Below are positions 17,797-25,799 of a stretch of DNA of 32,000 bases, piece after piece. This DNA is from Aliivibrio fischeri ES114 (GTDB lineage: Bacteria > Pseudomonadota > Gammaproteobacteria > Enterobacterales > Vibrionaceae). A program made the translations under genes and the position numbers. The first letter of the stretch is position 1, and every line of letters begins with the position of its first letter. The notes beneath the pieces are model-generated. The model saw nothing but the letters and a program-made list of their open reading frames with translations. It ran no database searches and was not told the origin of the DNA. The DNA is taken from assembly GCF_000011805.1 (NCBI RefSeq), contig NC_006840.2. One strand, written 5' to 3'.

Positions 17797-18144
17797 GTGA
17801 ATAGTAATACTCTAGAAATAAATGAAGAGTTATTCACTGATGAAGTAGATTCAACGTTCAATAAAGTTATCGATATTTTACGAGCTGAGAATATATTTCC
17901 AGACAGTGTTCAAAAACAAATGCTTTATTCTCATTTAAAAGCAATGGTAATTCGTTCTCATACTAATGAACCATTACCAGAAGTTGAAATTGAAATGTTT
18001 GATGAAATATCTAAGTCATCACACAAATTAGCTGAAGATGTCGTGAAATGGTTTCCGGCATTAGCATACGAAGAAACATATTTATTATCTGTTCACTTTG
18101 AAGTGGCAAAAGAAAACGAATTAACTGAAGAATTAGGAGCTTAA
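17797..18144 (+). CDS. Stand-alone PRD-domain protein (EF_0829-like family)
   Basis: 115 aa, GTG start; PRD-like LYSHLKAMVIRSHTNEPLPE ... YEETYLLSVHFEVAKEN with candidate regulatory histidines. Confidence 0.78.
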   Translation: MNSNTLEINEELFTDEVDSTFNKVIDILRAENIFPDSVQKQMLYSHLKAMVIRSHTNEPLPEVEIEMFDEISKSSHKLAEDVVKWFPALAYEETYLLSVHFEVAKENELTEELGA

Positions 18145-18145
18145 T

Positions 18146-18508
18146 ATGGCTGATGTAAAAGTAGTTATCGGTGACCGTCTAGGTAAAGGACAAAAAGTAG
18201 GTATGGGTGTTGAAGCTGCAGGTGGTTCTGTAACAGTAATCCCAGGCATGGCAGCAGATATGAAGCTTGGTGATATCATGAAACAAGAAGAAGCTGACTT
18301 CGGTATCTCTTTTTGTGGCAGTGGCGGTGCTGGTGCTATCACGGCTCAAAATAAATACGGTTACAAAGCAAAATATGGTATGCGCTCTGTAGAAGAAGGC
18401 GTTACTGCAATTAATGAAGGTTACAACGTTCTTGGGTTTGGTTTTATGGACCAGGAAGAACTAGGTAAAAAATTAGTTGAAGCCTTCGTTAAAAAATACA
18501 GAAGTTAA
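18146..18508 (+). CDS. Glycine-rich SFCGS family protein (EF_0830-like)
   Basis: 120 aa; ADFGISFCGSGGAGAITAQNKYGYKA motif. Confidence 0.85.
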   Translation: MADVKVVIGDRLGKGQKVGMGVEAAGGSVTVIPGMAADMKLGDIMKQEEADFGISFCGSGGAGAITAQNKYGYKAKYGMRSVEEGVTAINEGYNVLGFGFMDQEELGKKLVEAFVKKYRS

Positions 18509-18514
18509 TTATTT

Positions 18515-18811
18515 ATGAAAGAATCTATTACAACAACCGTAACGGTCAGTGGTAATGGAAATACAAAACAATCAGCTTTCAGCTCTGCATTAAGTAATAT
18601 TCAAAAAACCATTTTAAAAGATAACGAACAAGTTATTTTACGAATTGAACCTGTTGATGTGAAATTAATTAATGCAGAGAAAAAAGAAAGAATTGAAAAG
18701 TTTATGTTTTTCTTTTTACCAAGAAATAAAACAACCTACTCAGTCACGATTGATGTCACTGTTAATGTCACAGTAATTAATATTGACCAATTAGATTTTA
18801 AATCAATATAA
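18515..18811 (+). CDS. DUF4312 family protein (EF_0831-like)
   Basis: 98 aa; position and sequence type (TTTVTVSGNGNTKQSAFSSALSNIQKTI) match the conserved cluster. Confidence 0.75.
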   Translation: MKESITTTVTVSGNGNTKQSAFSSALSNIQKTILKDNEQVILRIEPVDVKLINAEKKERIEKFMFFFLPRNKTTYSVTIDVTVNVTVINIDQLDFKSI

Positions 18812-18867
18812 ACACCTATTTATTTAATTAGCACTTAATTAAATATACTAACGGAAGGTATATATAG

Positions 18868-19644
18868 ATGTTCTTAATAATATTAATAAAGTCCCTCATT
18901 ATTGGGGCTTTAGTTGGCGTCGGCGTTGGTGTCGGTGCAGCTCGAATGTTCCATGCTCCAACAGTTCAAGGGATGGGTGCATTCCGTACTCTTGGAGAGC
19001 TTAATTCTTGTGAAGGTGACCCTGCTTCTCACTTCTCTTTTGGTCTTGGTTTCTTCTTTAACGCATGGGCATCATCTGTTGCTGCTGGTGCCTTCACTCA
19101 AGACGTTGATCACCGCATCATTCCTAACTGGGGTGCCGCTGCTCTAATGGTTAAAAACCGTGATGTAGCAACAACCATGCACGACCCGAAAAAAATGGGT
19201 ATTGCTTGTGGCATCATCGGCATGATCGTTGTTGCTTTCTTAAATACAACAGCATCAGCCGTACCAGAAAGCCTACAAATCACAGCCGTTAAAGTACTTG
19301 TTCCTGCAGCTAACCTTCTTGTAAACATCGCGATGCCGGTTATTTTCTGGCTTGCAGCTATTGATGCGGGCCGTCGTTCAGGTTTTTGGGCAACTATCTT
19401 TGGTGGTCTTGCTCATATGATCATGGGTAACGCCGTTCCAGGTCTTGTTCTAGGTATCTTAATTGGTAAAGGTGTTGAAGATGGTGGCTGGAACCGTGTA
19501 ACAAAAACGATGTTAACTGCGGTAATTGCACTGTTTGTTCTAAGTGCCTTCTTCCGTGGATTTGACCTTGAGCTTCTAGAATCTTTCCGACTCACTATCC
19601 CTACATGGTTAGAGAGTGTTCATACAAGCATTAGCGGCAAATAG
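18868..19644 (+). CDS. DUF4311 family multi-pass membrane protein (EF_0832-like)
   Basis: 258 aa; GVGVGVGAARMFHAPTVQGMGAFRTLGELNSCEGDPASHFSFGLGFFFNAWAS and several hydrophobic helices. Confidence 0.85.
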   Translation: MFLIILIKSLIIGALVGVGVGVGAARMFHAPTVQGMGAFRTLGELNSCEGDPASHFSFGLGFFFNAWASSVAAGAFTQDVDHRIIPNWGAAALMVKNRDVATTMHDPKKMGIACGIIGMIVVAFLNTTASAVPESLQITAVKVLVPAANLLVNIAMPVIFWLAAIDAGRRSGFWATIFGGLAHMIMGNAVPGLVLGILIGKGVEDGGWNRVTKTMLTAVIALFVLSAFFRGFDLELLESFRLTIPTWLESVHTSISGK

Positions 19645-19662
19645 TAAGTCTGGAGTTTTAAA

Positions 19663-20313
19663 ATGGATGACAAATTAAAGAATAACTTTTGGTACGCAGA
19701 TTGGTCTTTTCCATTCTTCGTAGGTCTGCTTTCTTCAGGCGTATTTGCTGGTACTCACATGTATTACCTATATGGCATCGGCGCATTTAACGAAGTTGCT
19801 TTCGTTTCAATGTTACGAGCAGGTATGGATACAGGTGTTTATGGTGCGGTTGCTGCCTTTGGTGCGAGTTTCTTATTCGCTCGAATCATTGAAGGTTCAC
19901 TAGTTGGTATCTTGGACATCGGTGGTGCAATTCAAACCGGTATTGGACTGGGTGTTCCGGCTCTACTTCTTGGTGCTGGTATTGTTTACCCACTAGAAAA
20001 CTTTGTTGCCTCATTAATTGTTGGTTTCTTCTTAGGCGTGGCAATTGGTTACATCATCATTATTGCTCGTAAATATACCGTTGGCCAAAGTAACTCTACC
20101 TACGGTGCTGACGTCATGATGGGGGCTGGTAACTCATCAGGTCGCTTCTTAGGTCCTTTGATTGTTCTATCTGCAATTGGTGCTTCAATTCCAATTGGTA
20201 TCGGTTCATTAATTGGTGCTCTAGCATTTTATCAATGGCAAAAGCCAATCACTGGTGGCGCAATTTTAGGTGCAATGATTTTCGGTTCACTATTCCCAGT
20301 AGCCATCGGCTAA
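19663..20313 (+). CDS. DUF4310 family multi-pass membrane protein (EF_0833-like)
   Basis: 216 aa; NNFWYADWSFPFFVGLLSSGVFAGTHMYYLYGIGAFNEVAFVSMLRAGMDTGVYG, hydrophobic throughout. Confidence 0.85.
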   Translation: MDDKLKNNFWYADWSFPFFVGLLSSGVFAGTHMYYLYGIGAFNEVAFVSMLRAGMDTGVYGAVAAFGASFLFARIIEGSLVGILDIGGAIQTGIGLGVPALLLGAGIVYPLENFVASLIVGFFLGVAIGYIIIIARKYTVGQSNSTYGADVMMGAGNSSGRFLGPLIVLSAIGASIPIGIGSLIGALAFYQWQKPITGGAILGAMIFGSLFPVAIG

Positions 20314-20370
20314 CCCATCTTGGTAATGCTCTTCAACCAAGAAGAGCATTACATAACACAGGTAAGAATT

Positions 20371-21507
20371 ATGTATGACTTACTCATTAAAAATGGAAAA
20401 TTAGCTAACGGTCACTTTGTCGACATTGCTATTCAAGCGGGAAAAATTGCCAAAATTAGTACCAATATTATCGAAAGCGCTGAAAAAGAAATCGATTTAA
20501 AAGGGCTTCATTACATTAGTGCTGGTTGGATAGATTCTCATACTCACTGTTACTCCGCTTCTCCTATATACAACGATGAGCCTGATTTAATTGGTGTTAC
20601 TCATGGTGTAACCACCGTTGTAGATGCAGGTAGTGTCGGTGCTGATGATATTGATGATTTTTATCAACTAACTCAAAAAAGCTCAACTAACGTATACAGC
20701 ATTCTTAATATTTCTCGAATTGGTTTATTACGACAAGATGAGCTTGCTGATATGAGTGATATTGATTTAGATATCGCCAAAGAAACCATCAACAAACATT
20801 CCGATTTTGTGGTTGGCATTAAAGCGCGAATGAGCGGCAGTGTTGTCAAAGAAAACGGATTAAAACCTTTGGTTAAAGCCAAAGAGATGCAAGCTCAAAA
20901 TAACCACCTACCTTTAATGGTACACGTTGGAAATAATCCACCTAATTTAGATGATATTGCTGAATTACTAACAAAAGGCGACATCATTACACACTGTTAT
21001 AACGGCAAACCAAATCGCATTTTAACTCCAGAAGGTGAGCTAAAAGAATCGATGAAAAAAGCCATTAAACGCGGCGTTATTTTAGATGTTGGTCATGGCG
21101 GTGCAAGTTTCAGTTTTGATGTTGCTGAACAAGCGATTAAAAAGGGAATTTACCCTGACACGATAAGTTCTGATATCTACTGTAAAAACCGAATTGCAGG
21201 ACCTGTACGTAGCCTAGCTCATATCATGTCCAAGTTTTTAACCATTGGTTTATCTCTTGAGCAAGTAATCAACTGTGTAACGATAAATGCTGCAAATGCA
21301 CTACAAATGGACGCAAAAGGTCAATTAGAAGTGGGTAAAGACGCCGATCTAACCATTTTCAATATCCATCATGAACCATGTACTTTTGTCGATTCTGAAC
21401 AAGGAAATCGTCAAGGTAACGAATCATTTTTACCTTTGGCAAGCATTGTTGCTGGCCAAGTTATCACGACACAACACGGAGAAAAAACTGATGTCTTCAA
21501 TTCATGA
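20371..21507 (+). CDS. Amidohydrolase/deacetylase-family metallohydrolase (EF_0837-like)
   Basis: Start reassigned to ATG 20371 (MYDLLIKNGKLANG). Metal-site motif SAGWIDSHTHCY, KARMSG lysine, HVGNNPP, ITHCYNG, LDVGHGG; C-terminal GKDADLTIFNI. Confidence 0.88.
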   Translation: MYDLLIKNGKLANGHFVDIAIQAGKIAKISTNIIESAEKEIDLKGLHYISAGWIDSHTHCYSASPIYNDEPDLIGVTHGVTTVVDAGSVGADDIDDFYQLTQKSSTNVYSILNISRIGLLRQDELADMSDIDLDIAKETINKHSDFVVGIKARMSGSVVKENGLKPLVKAKEMQAQNNHLPLMVHVGNNPPNLDDIAELLTKGDIITHCYNGKPNRILTPEGELKESMKKAIKRGVILDVGHGGASFSFDVAEQAIKKGIYPDTISSDIYCKNRIAGPVRSLAHIMSKFLTIGLSLEQVINCVTINAANALQMDAKGQLEVGKDADLTIFNIHHEPCTFVDSEQGNRQGNESFLPLASIVAGQVITTQHGEKTDVFNS

Positions 21508-22594
21508 GAAGTATGGTCTAACTGAAGTAATTAATGCATCTGGCCGCATGACTGCATTAGGGGTTTCAACGCCAAATGAAGACGTTGTAAATGCAGTAAA
21601 AGAAGGGCTTGGGCAATATTTTGATATGAAAGATCTCGTTATCAAAACCGGTGAATATATTGCTAACCTTCTTAATGTCGATGCTGCGGTTGTTGTGTCT
21701 TGTGCTTCTGCTGGTATCGCTCAGTCTGTGGCTGCGGTTATTGTTAGAGACAGTCAATACCGCTTAGAAAACCTGCACGCTCACTCTCACGATGTTCCAT
21801 CAGAAATTGTACTGCCAAAAGGTCATAACGTTAATTTCGGTGCTCCTGTTGGCACAATGGTAACTCTCGGTGGAGGAACAATTAAAGAAGCTGGATACGC
21901 GAATGAATGTTCAGCGGAACAACTTGAAGCAGCTATCACTAAAAATACTGCAGCGATTTTGTACATCAAATCTCACCACTGTGTTCAAAAAAGTATTTTA
22001 AACGTAGAGCAAGCGGCAACTGTAGCTCAAAAACATGGCCTACCATTAATTGTTGATGCCGCAGCAGAAGAAGATTTAAAAAGCTACTTTGCTATGGGCG
22101 CGGATCTCGTTATCTACAGTGGAGCGAAAGCCATTGAAGGGCCGACAAGCGGGTTAGTTGTCGGTAAAACTCAATATGTAGATTGGGTTCGAAAACAATC
22201 TCAAGGCATTGGCCGAGCAATGAAAGTCGGCAAAGAAGGTATCTTAGGTTTAACTCACGCTATCACTGATTACTTAACTGTTGAAAAAGAATCAGGCCAA
22301 GAAATGGTTGCGAAGATGGAAAAATTCATCGCTGATATGAACACCATTCATGGCGTAACGTCACGAGTAGTGTGGGACAGTGCAGGACGCGATATTGCAA
22401 GAGCTGAGATTGCTTTTGATCATGAAACTCTAGGTACAACAACTAATAATATCGTTAAGCAATTAAATAACGGTAATCCAGCAATTTACTGCCGTGGCTA
22501 CAAAGCTAATGAAGGCATTATTGAGATTGATGTTCGCAGTGTTAACACCACTCAATTAAACACTATTTTCGAAAAAATTAACGCATTATTTTAA
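21491..22594 (+). CDS. SelA-like PLP-dependent ammonia-lyase (DgaE family, EF_0838-like)
   Basis: Start reassigned to ATG 21491 (MSSIHEKYGLTEVINASGRMTALG). PLP lysine in LVIYSGAKAIEGPTSG; overlaps the upstream CDS by 17 nt. Confidence 0.88.
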   Translation: MSSIHEKYGLTEVINASGRMTALGVSTPNEDVVNAVKEGLGQYFDMKDLVIKTGEYIANLLNVDAAVVVSCASAGIAQSVAAVIVRDSQYRLENLHAHSHDVPSEIVLPKGHNVNFGAPVGTMVTLGGGTIKEAGYANECSAEQLEAAITKNTAAILYIKSHHCVQKSILNVEQAATVAQKHGLPLIVDAAAEEDLKSYFAMGADLVIYSGAKAIEGPTSGLVVGKTQYVDWVRKQSQGIGRAMKVGKEGILGLTHAITDYLTVEKESGQEMVAKMEKFIADMNTIHGVTSRVVWDSAGRDIARAEIAFDHETLGTTTNNIVKQLNNGNPAIYCRGYKANEGIIEIDVRSVNTTQLNTIFEKINALF

Positions 22595-22606
22595 GAGAGA
22601 TATTCC

Positions 22607-23347
22607 ATGAGTTTAAAAGCTAACTTCTATAAAAACCGTGTATGCCTAAACGTATTAGCAGGCTCTGTTGATAATGCGGCTGATATTTATGACGCAGCAG
22701 AAGGCCATGTCCTTGTTGGCGTTTTATCTAAAAATTACCCAGATGTTGATACTGCAGTGGAAGATATGAAGAAATACAGCGAAGTAACAAACAATGCTGT
22801 ATCTGTTGGTTTAGGTGCTGGAGATCCAAATCAATCAATGATGGTTTCGCTTATTTCACAACACGTACAACCACAGCACATTAACCAAGTATTTACTGGT
22901 GTAGCGACAAGCCGAGCTTTAGCTGGACAGGATAAAAGTATCGTAAATGGCCTTATTTCACCAACTGGCACTGTTGGAATGGTGAAAATATCAACAGGTC
23001 CGTTAAGCTCTCGCTCTGAAGACGCTATTGTTCCAGTAGAAACAGCAATTGCCATGCTAAAAGACATGGGAGGTAGCTCTGTAAAATACTTCCCGATGGG
23101 CGGTTTAGAAACACGTGAAGAATTCGCTTGTGTTGCAAAAGCGTGTGCTGATAAAGATTTCTGGTTAGAGCCGACAGGCGGGATTGACCTTGAAAACTAT
23201 GAAGAAATTATGCAAATCGCATTAGATGCTGGTGTAAGCAAAATCATTCCTCATATCTACAGCTCTATCATAGATAAAGCGACAGGAAATACTCGCCCTG
23301 AAGATGTAAAAACACTGTTGGACATGACAAAAAAACTACTTAACTAA
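22607..23347 (+). CDS. 2-dehydro-3-deoxy-phosphogluconate (KDGP) aldolase family protein (DgaF-like, EF_0839-like)
   Basis: 246 aa; KANFYKNRVCLNVLAGSVDNAADIYDAAEGHVLVGVLSKNYP, MGGLETREEF, EPTGGIDLENYEEIMQIALDAGVSKIIPHIYSSIIDK. Confidence 0.88.
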   Translation: MSLKANFYKNRVCLNVLAGSVDNAADIYDAAEGHVLVGVLSKNYPDVDTAVEDMKKYSEVTNNAVSVGLGAGDPNQSMMVSLISQHVQPQHINQVFTGVATSRALAGQDKSIVNGLISPTGTVGMVKISTGPLSSRSEDAIVPVETAIAMLKDMGGSSVKYFPMGGLETREEFACVAKACADKDFWLEPTGGIDLENYEEIMQIALDAGVSKIIPHIYSSIIDKATGNTRPEDVKTLLDMTKKLLN

Positions 23348-23357
23348 GTTTGCTCCC

Positions 23358-23392
23358 AAAGGCCAATTATTCGCCCCCGGATATTGGCCTTT
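23358..23392 (+). terminator. Intrinsic terminator at the end of the 8-gene operon
   Basis: AAAGGCCAAT ... ATTGGCCTTT followed by TTTT. Confidence 0.85.
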
Positions 23393-23545
23393 TTTATTAA
23401 AAACAAGAGAGAAAATGTATATTTTTCAATAAAATAAATTACATCTACATATACATCACATATTGAATAAATACCATTACCCTAACGTTTTCGTTGGTTG
23501 ATATTATTATCAATATAAACACTTATTAACTGTTCTGGTTTTTCT

Positions 23546-25468
23546 ATGATCCAACTGCCTTATCCTCGTCTTAATGTCATTTTTGAAGCGCTTAGATATG
23601 AAGCCCTTCCTCAGCAAGAGCTTGCTCAGCGTTGTGATATTTCAACACGAACAATTCGAACAGACATCTCTGCCTTGAATGATATTTTGGCTTCTTACGG
23701 TGCCCAAATTCAGCACCAGAGAGGAAAGGGCTATCACTTTGATATCTATGATGAGACCCGTTTTTTGGATATTGAAAAACAAACGAAAAAAATGAAATCA
23801 TCTCCTCGCAACGCCAAAGATCGTATGGTGTATTTGATGATGCGTCTATTATCTCAAGAGGAAGAATGTAAGTTGGATGATCTTGCCAATCAATGGTTTG
23901 TCAGTCGCACTTCATTACAAGCAGATATGGGAGAAATTAGAGAGCAGCTTGAGCAATATAATTTAGAGTTAATAAGTAAAGCGCATTGTGGATTACGCCT
24001 GTTTGGTGAAGAGCAAGCAATTCGAGCTTGTATCGCCCATATTTTATTCCAATTTAAACCAAGTGATCATACGTTTATTGATGTTTGCGAATATTTTTTC
24101 CCAGAGATTAATCAACCATCCTTAAAAACGGATTTACTTGAATTAATTAATAAAAATCACATCAAGCTTACTGATGAAGGTTTGCATCATTTAGTGGTGT
24201 ATTGTGGTGTTGCCCTGCATCGACTAAAACAAAACGCATGCATTCATCACGTAGATCAACCAAATCTCAGTGAAGAAGCACAAAAAACAGCAGCAGAGTT
24301 AAGCCAAACCATAGAAAGTTTACTTGGTGCACCTTTACCTCAAGCAGAAATAGATTATCTAAGCATTCAAATTGCTGCTCGTCGAGTTACTGGCGTTCCT
24401 GAAATCGACACTCAAAAACCAACAGAGCAATTAGAATTAACTCAATACTTATTGGATTACGTTAATACACATTACAACTACGATCTGCGTAATGATGAGC
24501 AATTAAAACGAGACTTACTCTGCCATATAACCACCATGATCTTACGAGTTAAGTATCAAATTACCATTCCAAATCCACTATTTGATCATATAAAACGCTA
24601 TTACCCATTGGCTTATGATATGACTGTTGCTGCTATTTCTCATTGGGGTAAACATTTAATTCCAGATGGTGAGATAGGTTACTTAGTTATGCATATTGGT
24701 GTTGGACTAGAGCGTAATTTCTCACTGGAAGAACAATTACCACCAAAAGCTTTGCTTGTGTGTGACTCGGGAACATCAATTGTACGCTTACTTGAATCAC
24801 AACTTATTCGCTCATTACCTCAACTTACAATAGAAAAAGTAGAGAGTCTTAGAGATTATGAAGAGCTATCAAAAGTAGATGCTGATTTCGTTATCTCAAC
24901 AGAAAAAGTATCACAAAAAAACAAACCAACAATCACGGTATCTCCGATACCAACGAGCTTCCAATTAGAACAAGTAAATAAACTCATTCTAATGAATCGC
25001 TCACACCCATATATGTTGGATAAGTTTTTTGATCACCGTTATTTTTCTGTTCTGGATGAACCAATGACTCAAGGTGAAGTGCTCAAAAAATTCAGCGCTC
25101 ATTTTACAGAAGATAACATCACCCCTATTGAGTTTTACGACTCAGTTATTGAGCGAGAAAGCATTACATCGACAATTTTAGGGGAAGGCATTGCGATTCC
25201 ACACTCTTTGGGATTACTCGCTAACGAGACCAAAGTATATACCATCATTTCTCCACACGGCGTAGATTGGGGGAACGGGAAAATAGCTCATGTAATTTTT
25301 CTTTTTGCTATCAATAAAGACGATTATGAAGAAGCGATGAGCTTGTACGATTTATTTGTGACCTTCATGAATGGTAAAGCCGTCGATACCATCTTAGGCT
25401 GCCACTCTTATGATGAATTTCAATATGTTGCTAAAGAATGTTGGTTTAATCGAAAAAAAGATTGGTAA
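23546..25468 (+). CDS. BglG/MtlR-type transcriptional regulator with HTH, PRD, EIIB-like and EIIA-like domains
   Basis: 640 aa; N-terminal RQHx-like HTH segments, PRD motifs LHHLVVYCGVALHRLK and GYLVMHIGVGLERN, EIIB-like PKALLVCDSGTSIVRLLESQL, EIIA-like GIAIPHSLG. Confidence 0.9.
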   Translation: MIQLPYPRLNVIFEALRYEALPQQELAQRCDISTRTIRTDISALNDILASYGAQIQHQRGKGYHFDIYDETRFLDIEKQTKKMKSSPRNAKDRMVYLMMRLLSQEEECKLDDLANQWFVSRTSLQADMGEIREQLEQYNLELISKAHCGLRLFGEEQAIRACIAHILFQFKPSDHTFIDVCEYFFPEINQPSLKTDLLELINKNHIKLTDEGLHHLVVYCGVALHRLKQNACIHHVDQPNLSEEAQKTAAELSQTIESLLGAPLPQAEIDYLSIQIAARRVTGVPEIDTQKPTEQLELTQYLLDYVNTHYNYDLRNDEQLKRDLLCHITTMILRVKYQITIPNPLFDHIKRYYPLAYDMTVAAISHWGKHLIPDGEIGYLVMHIGVGLERNFSLEEQLPPKALLVCDSGTSIVRLLESQLIRSLPQLTIEKVESLRDYEELSKVDADFVISTEKVSQKNKPTITVSPIPTSFQLEQVNKLILMNRSHPYMLDKFFDHRYFSVLDEPMTQGEVLKKFSAHFTEDNITPIEFYDSVIERESITSTILGEGIAIPHSLGLLANETKVYTIISPHGVDWGNGKIAHVIFLFAINKDDYEEAMSLYDLFVTFMNGKAVDTILGCHSYDEFQYVAKECWFNRKKDW

Positions 25469-25472
25469 ATAA

Positions 25473-25498
25473 AAAACCCCGGAACATGCCGGGGTTTT
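25473..25498. terminator. Intrinsic terminator downstream of the BglG-type regulator
   Basis: AAAACCCCGG - AACATG - CCGGGGTTTT. Confidence 0.88.
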
Positions 25499-25526
25499 AC
25501 ATATCAACTAAATTGAACAATAAAAA

Positions 25527-25799
25527 TTATCTGCGAGGCTTAAACTCAAGCACTGGCGCTTTCTCTCCATCATTCACATCTTTTGGATTGTTAATAACTA
25601 AAAAATCCAAGGCGCGTCCTGTAGGACTAAGTAACGCAAGCTCTTCTCTATGTTCATCTTCCAAACAAATATTTAATGAGATATTTGAAAGCGCCTTAAC
25701 ACCAAATTCATCTTCTAATGTCTCTAGTGCTTCTTGTAGGTTTTCAGCAAGAGACTTACTGTCCCAGCGACCTTTAAATTGGATTTCCAACGACTTCAT
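25527..25799 (-). CDS. Hypothetical protein
   Basis: 90 aa ORF overlapping the end of the upstream same-strand gene. The opposite-strand ORF 25462..25830 is judged spurious. Confidence 0.65.
   Translation of the reverse strand: MKSLEIQFKGRWDSKSLAENLQEALETLEDEFGVKALSNISLNICLEDEHREELALLSPTGRALDFLVINNPKDVNDGEKAPVLEFKPRR

Noticed and set aside
20320-20370. N-terminal extension of the amidohydrolase ORF
   Set aside because: It lies across the 20324-20351 hairpin, and the normal start MYDLLIKNG is at 20371.
21371-21490. N-terminal extension of the SelA-like ORF from 21371
   Set aside because: MNHVLLSILNKEIV... reads out-of-frame through the amidohydrolase C-terminus; family-like sequence starts at MSSIHEKYG (21491).
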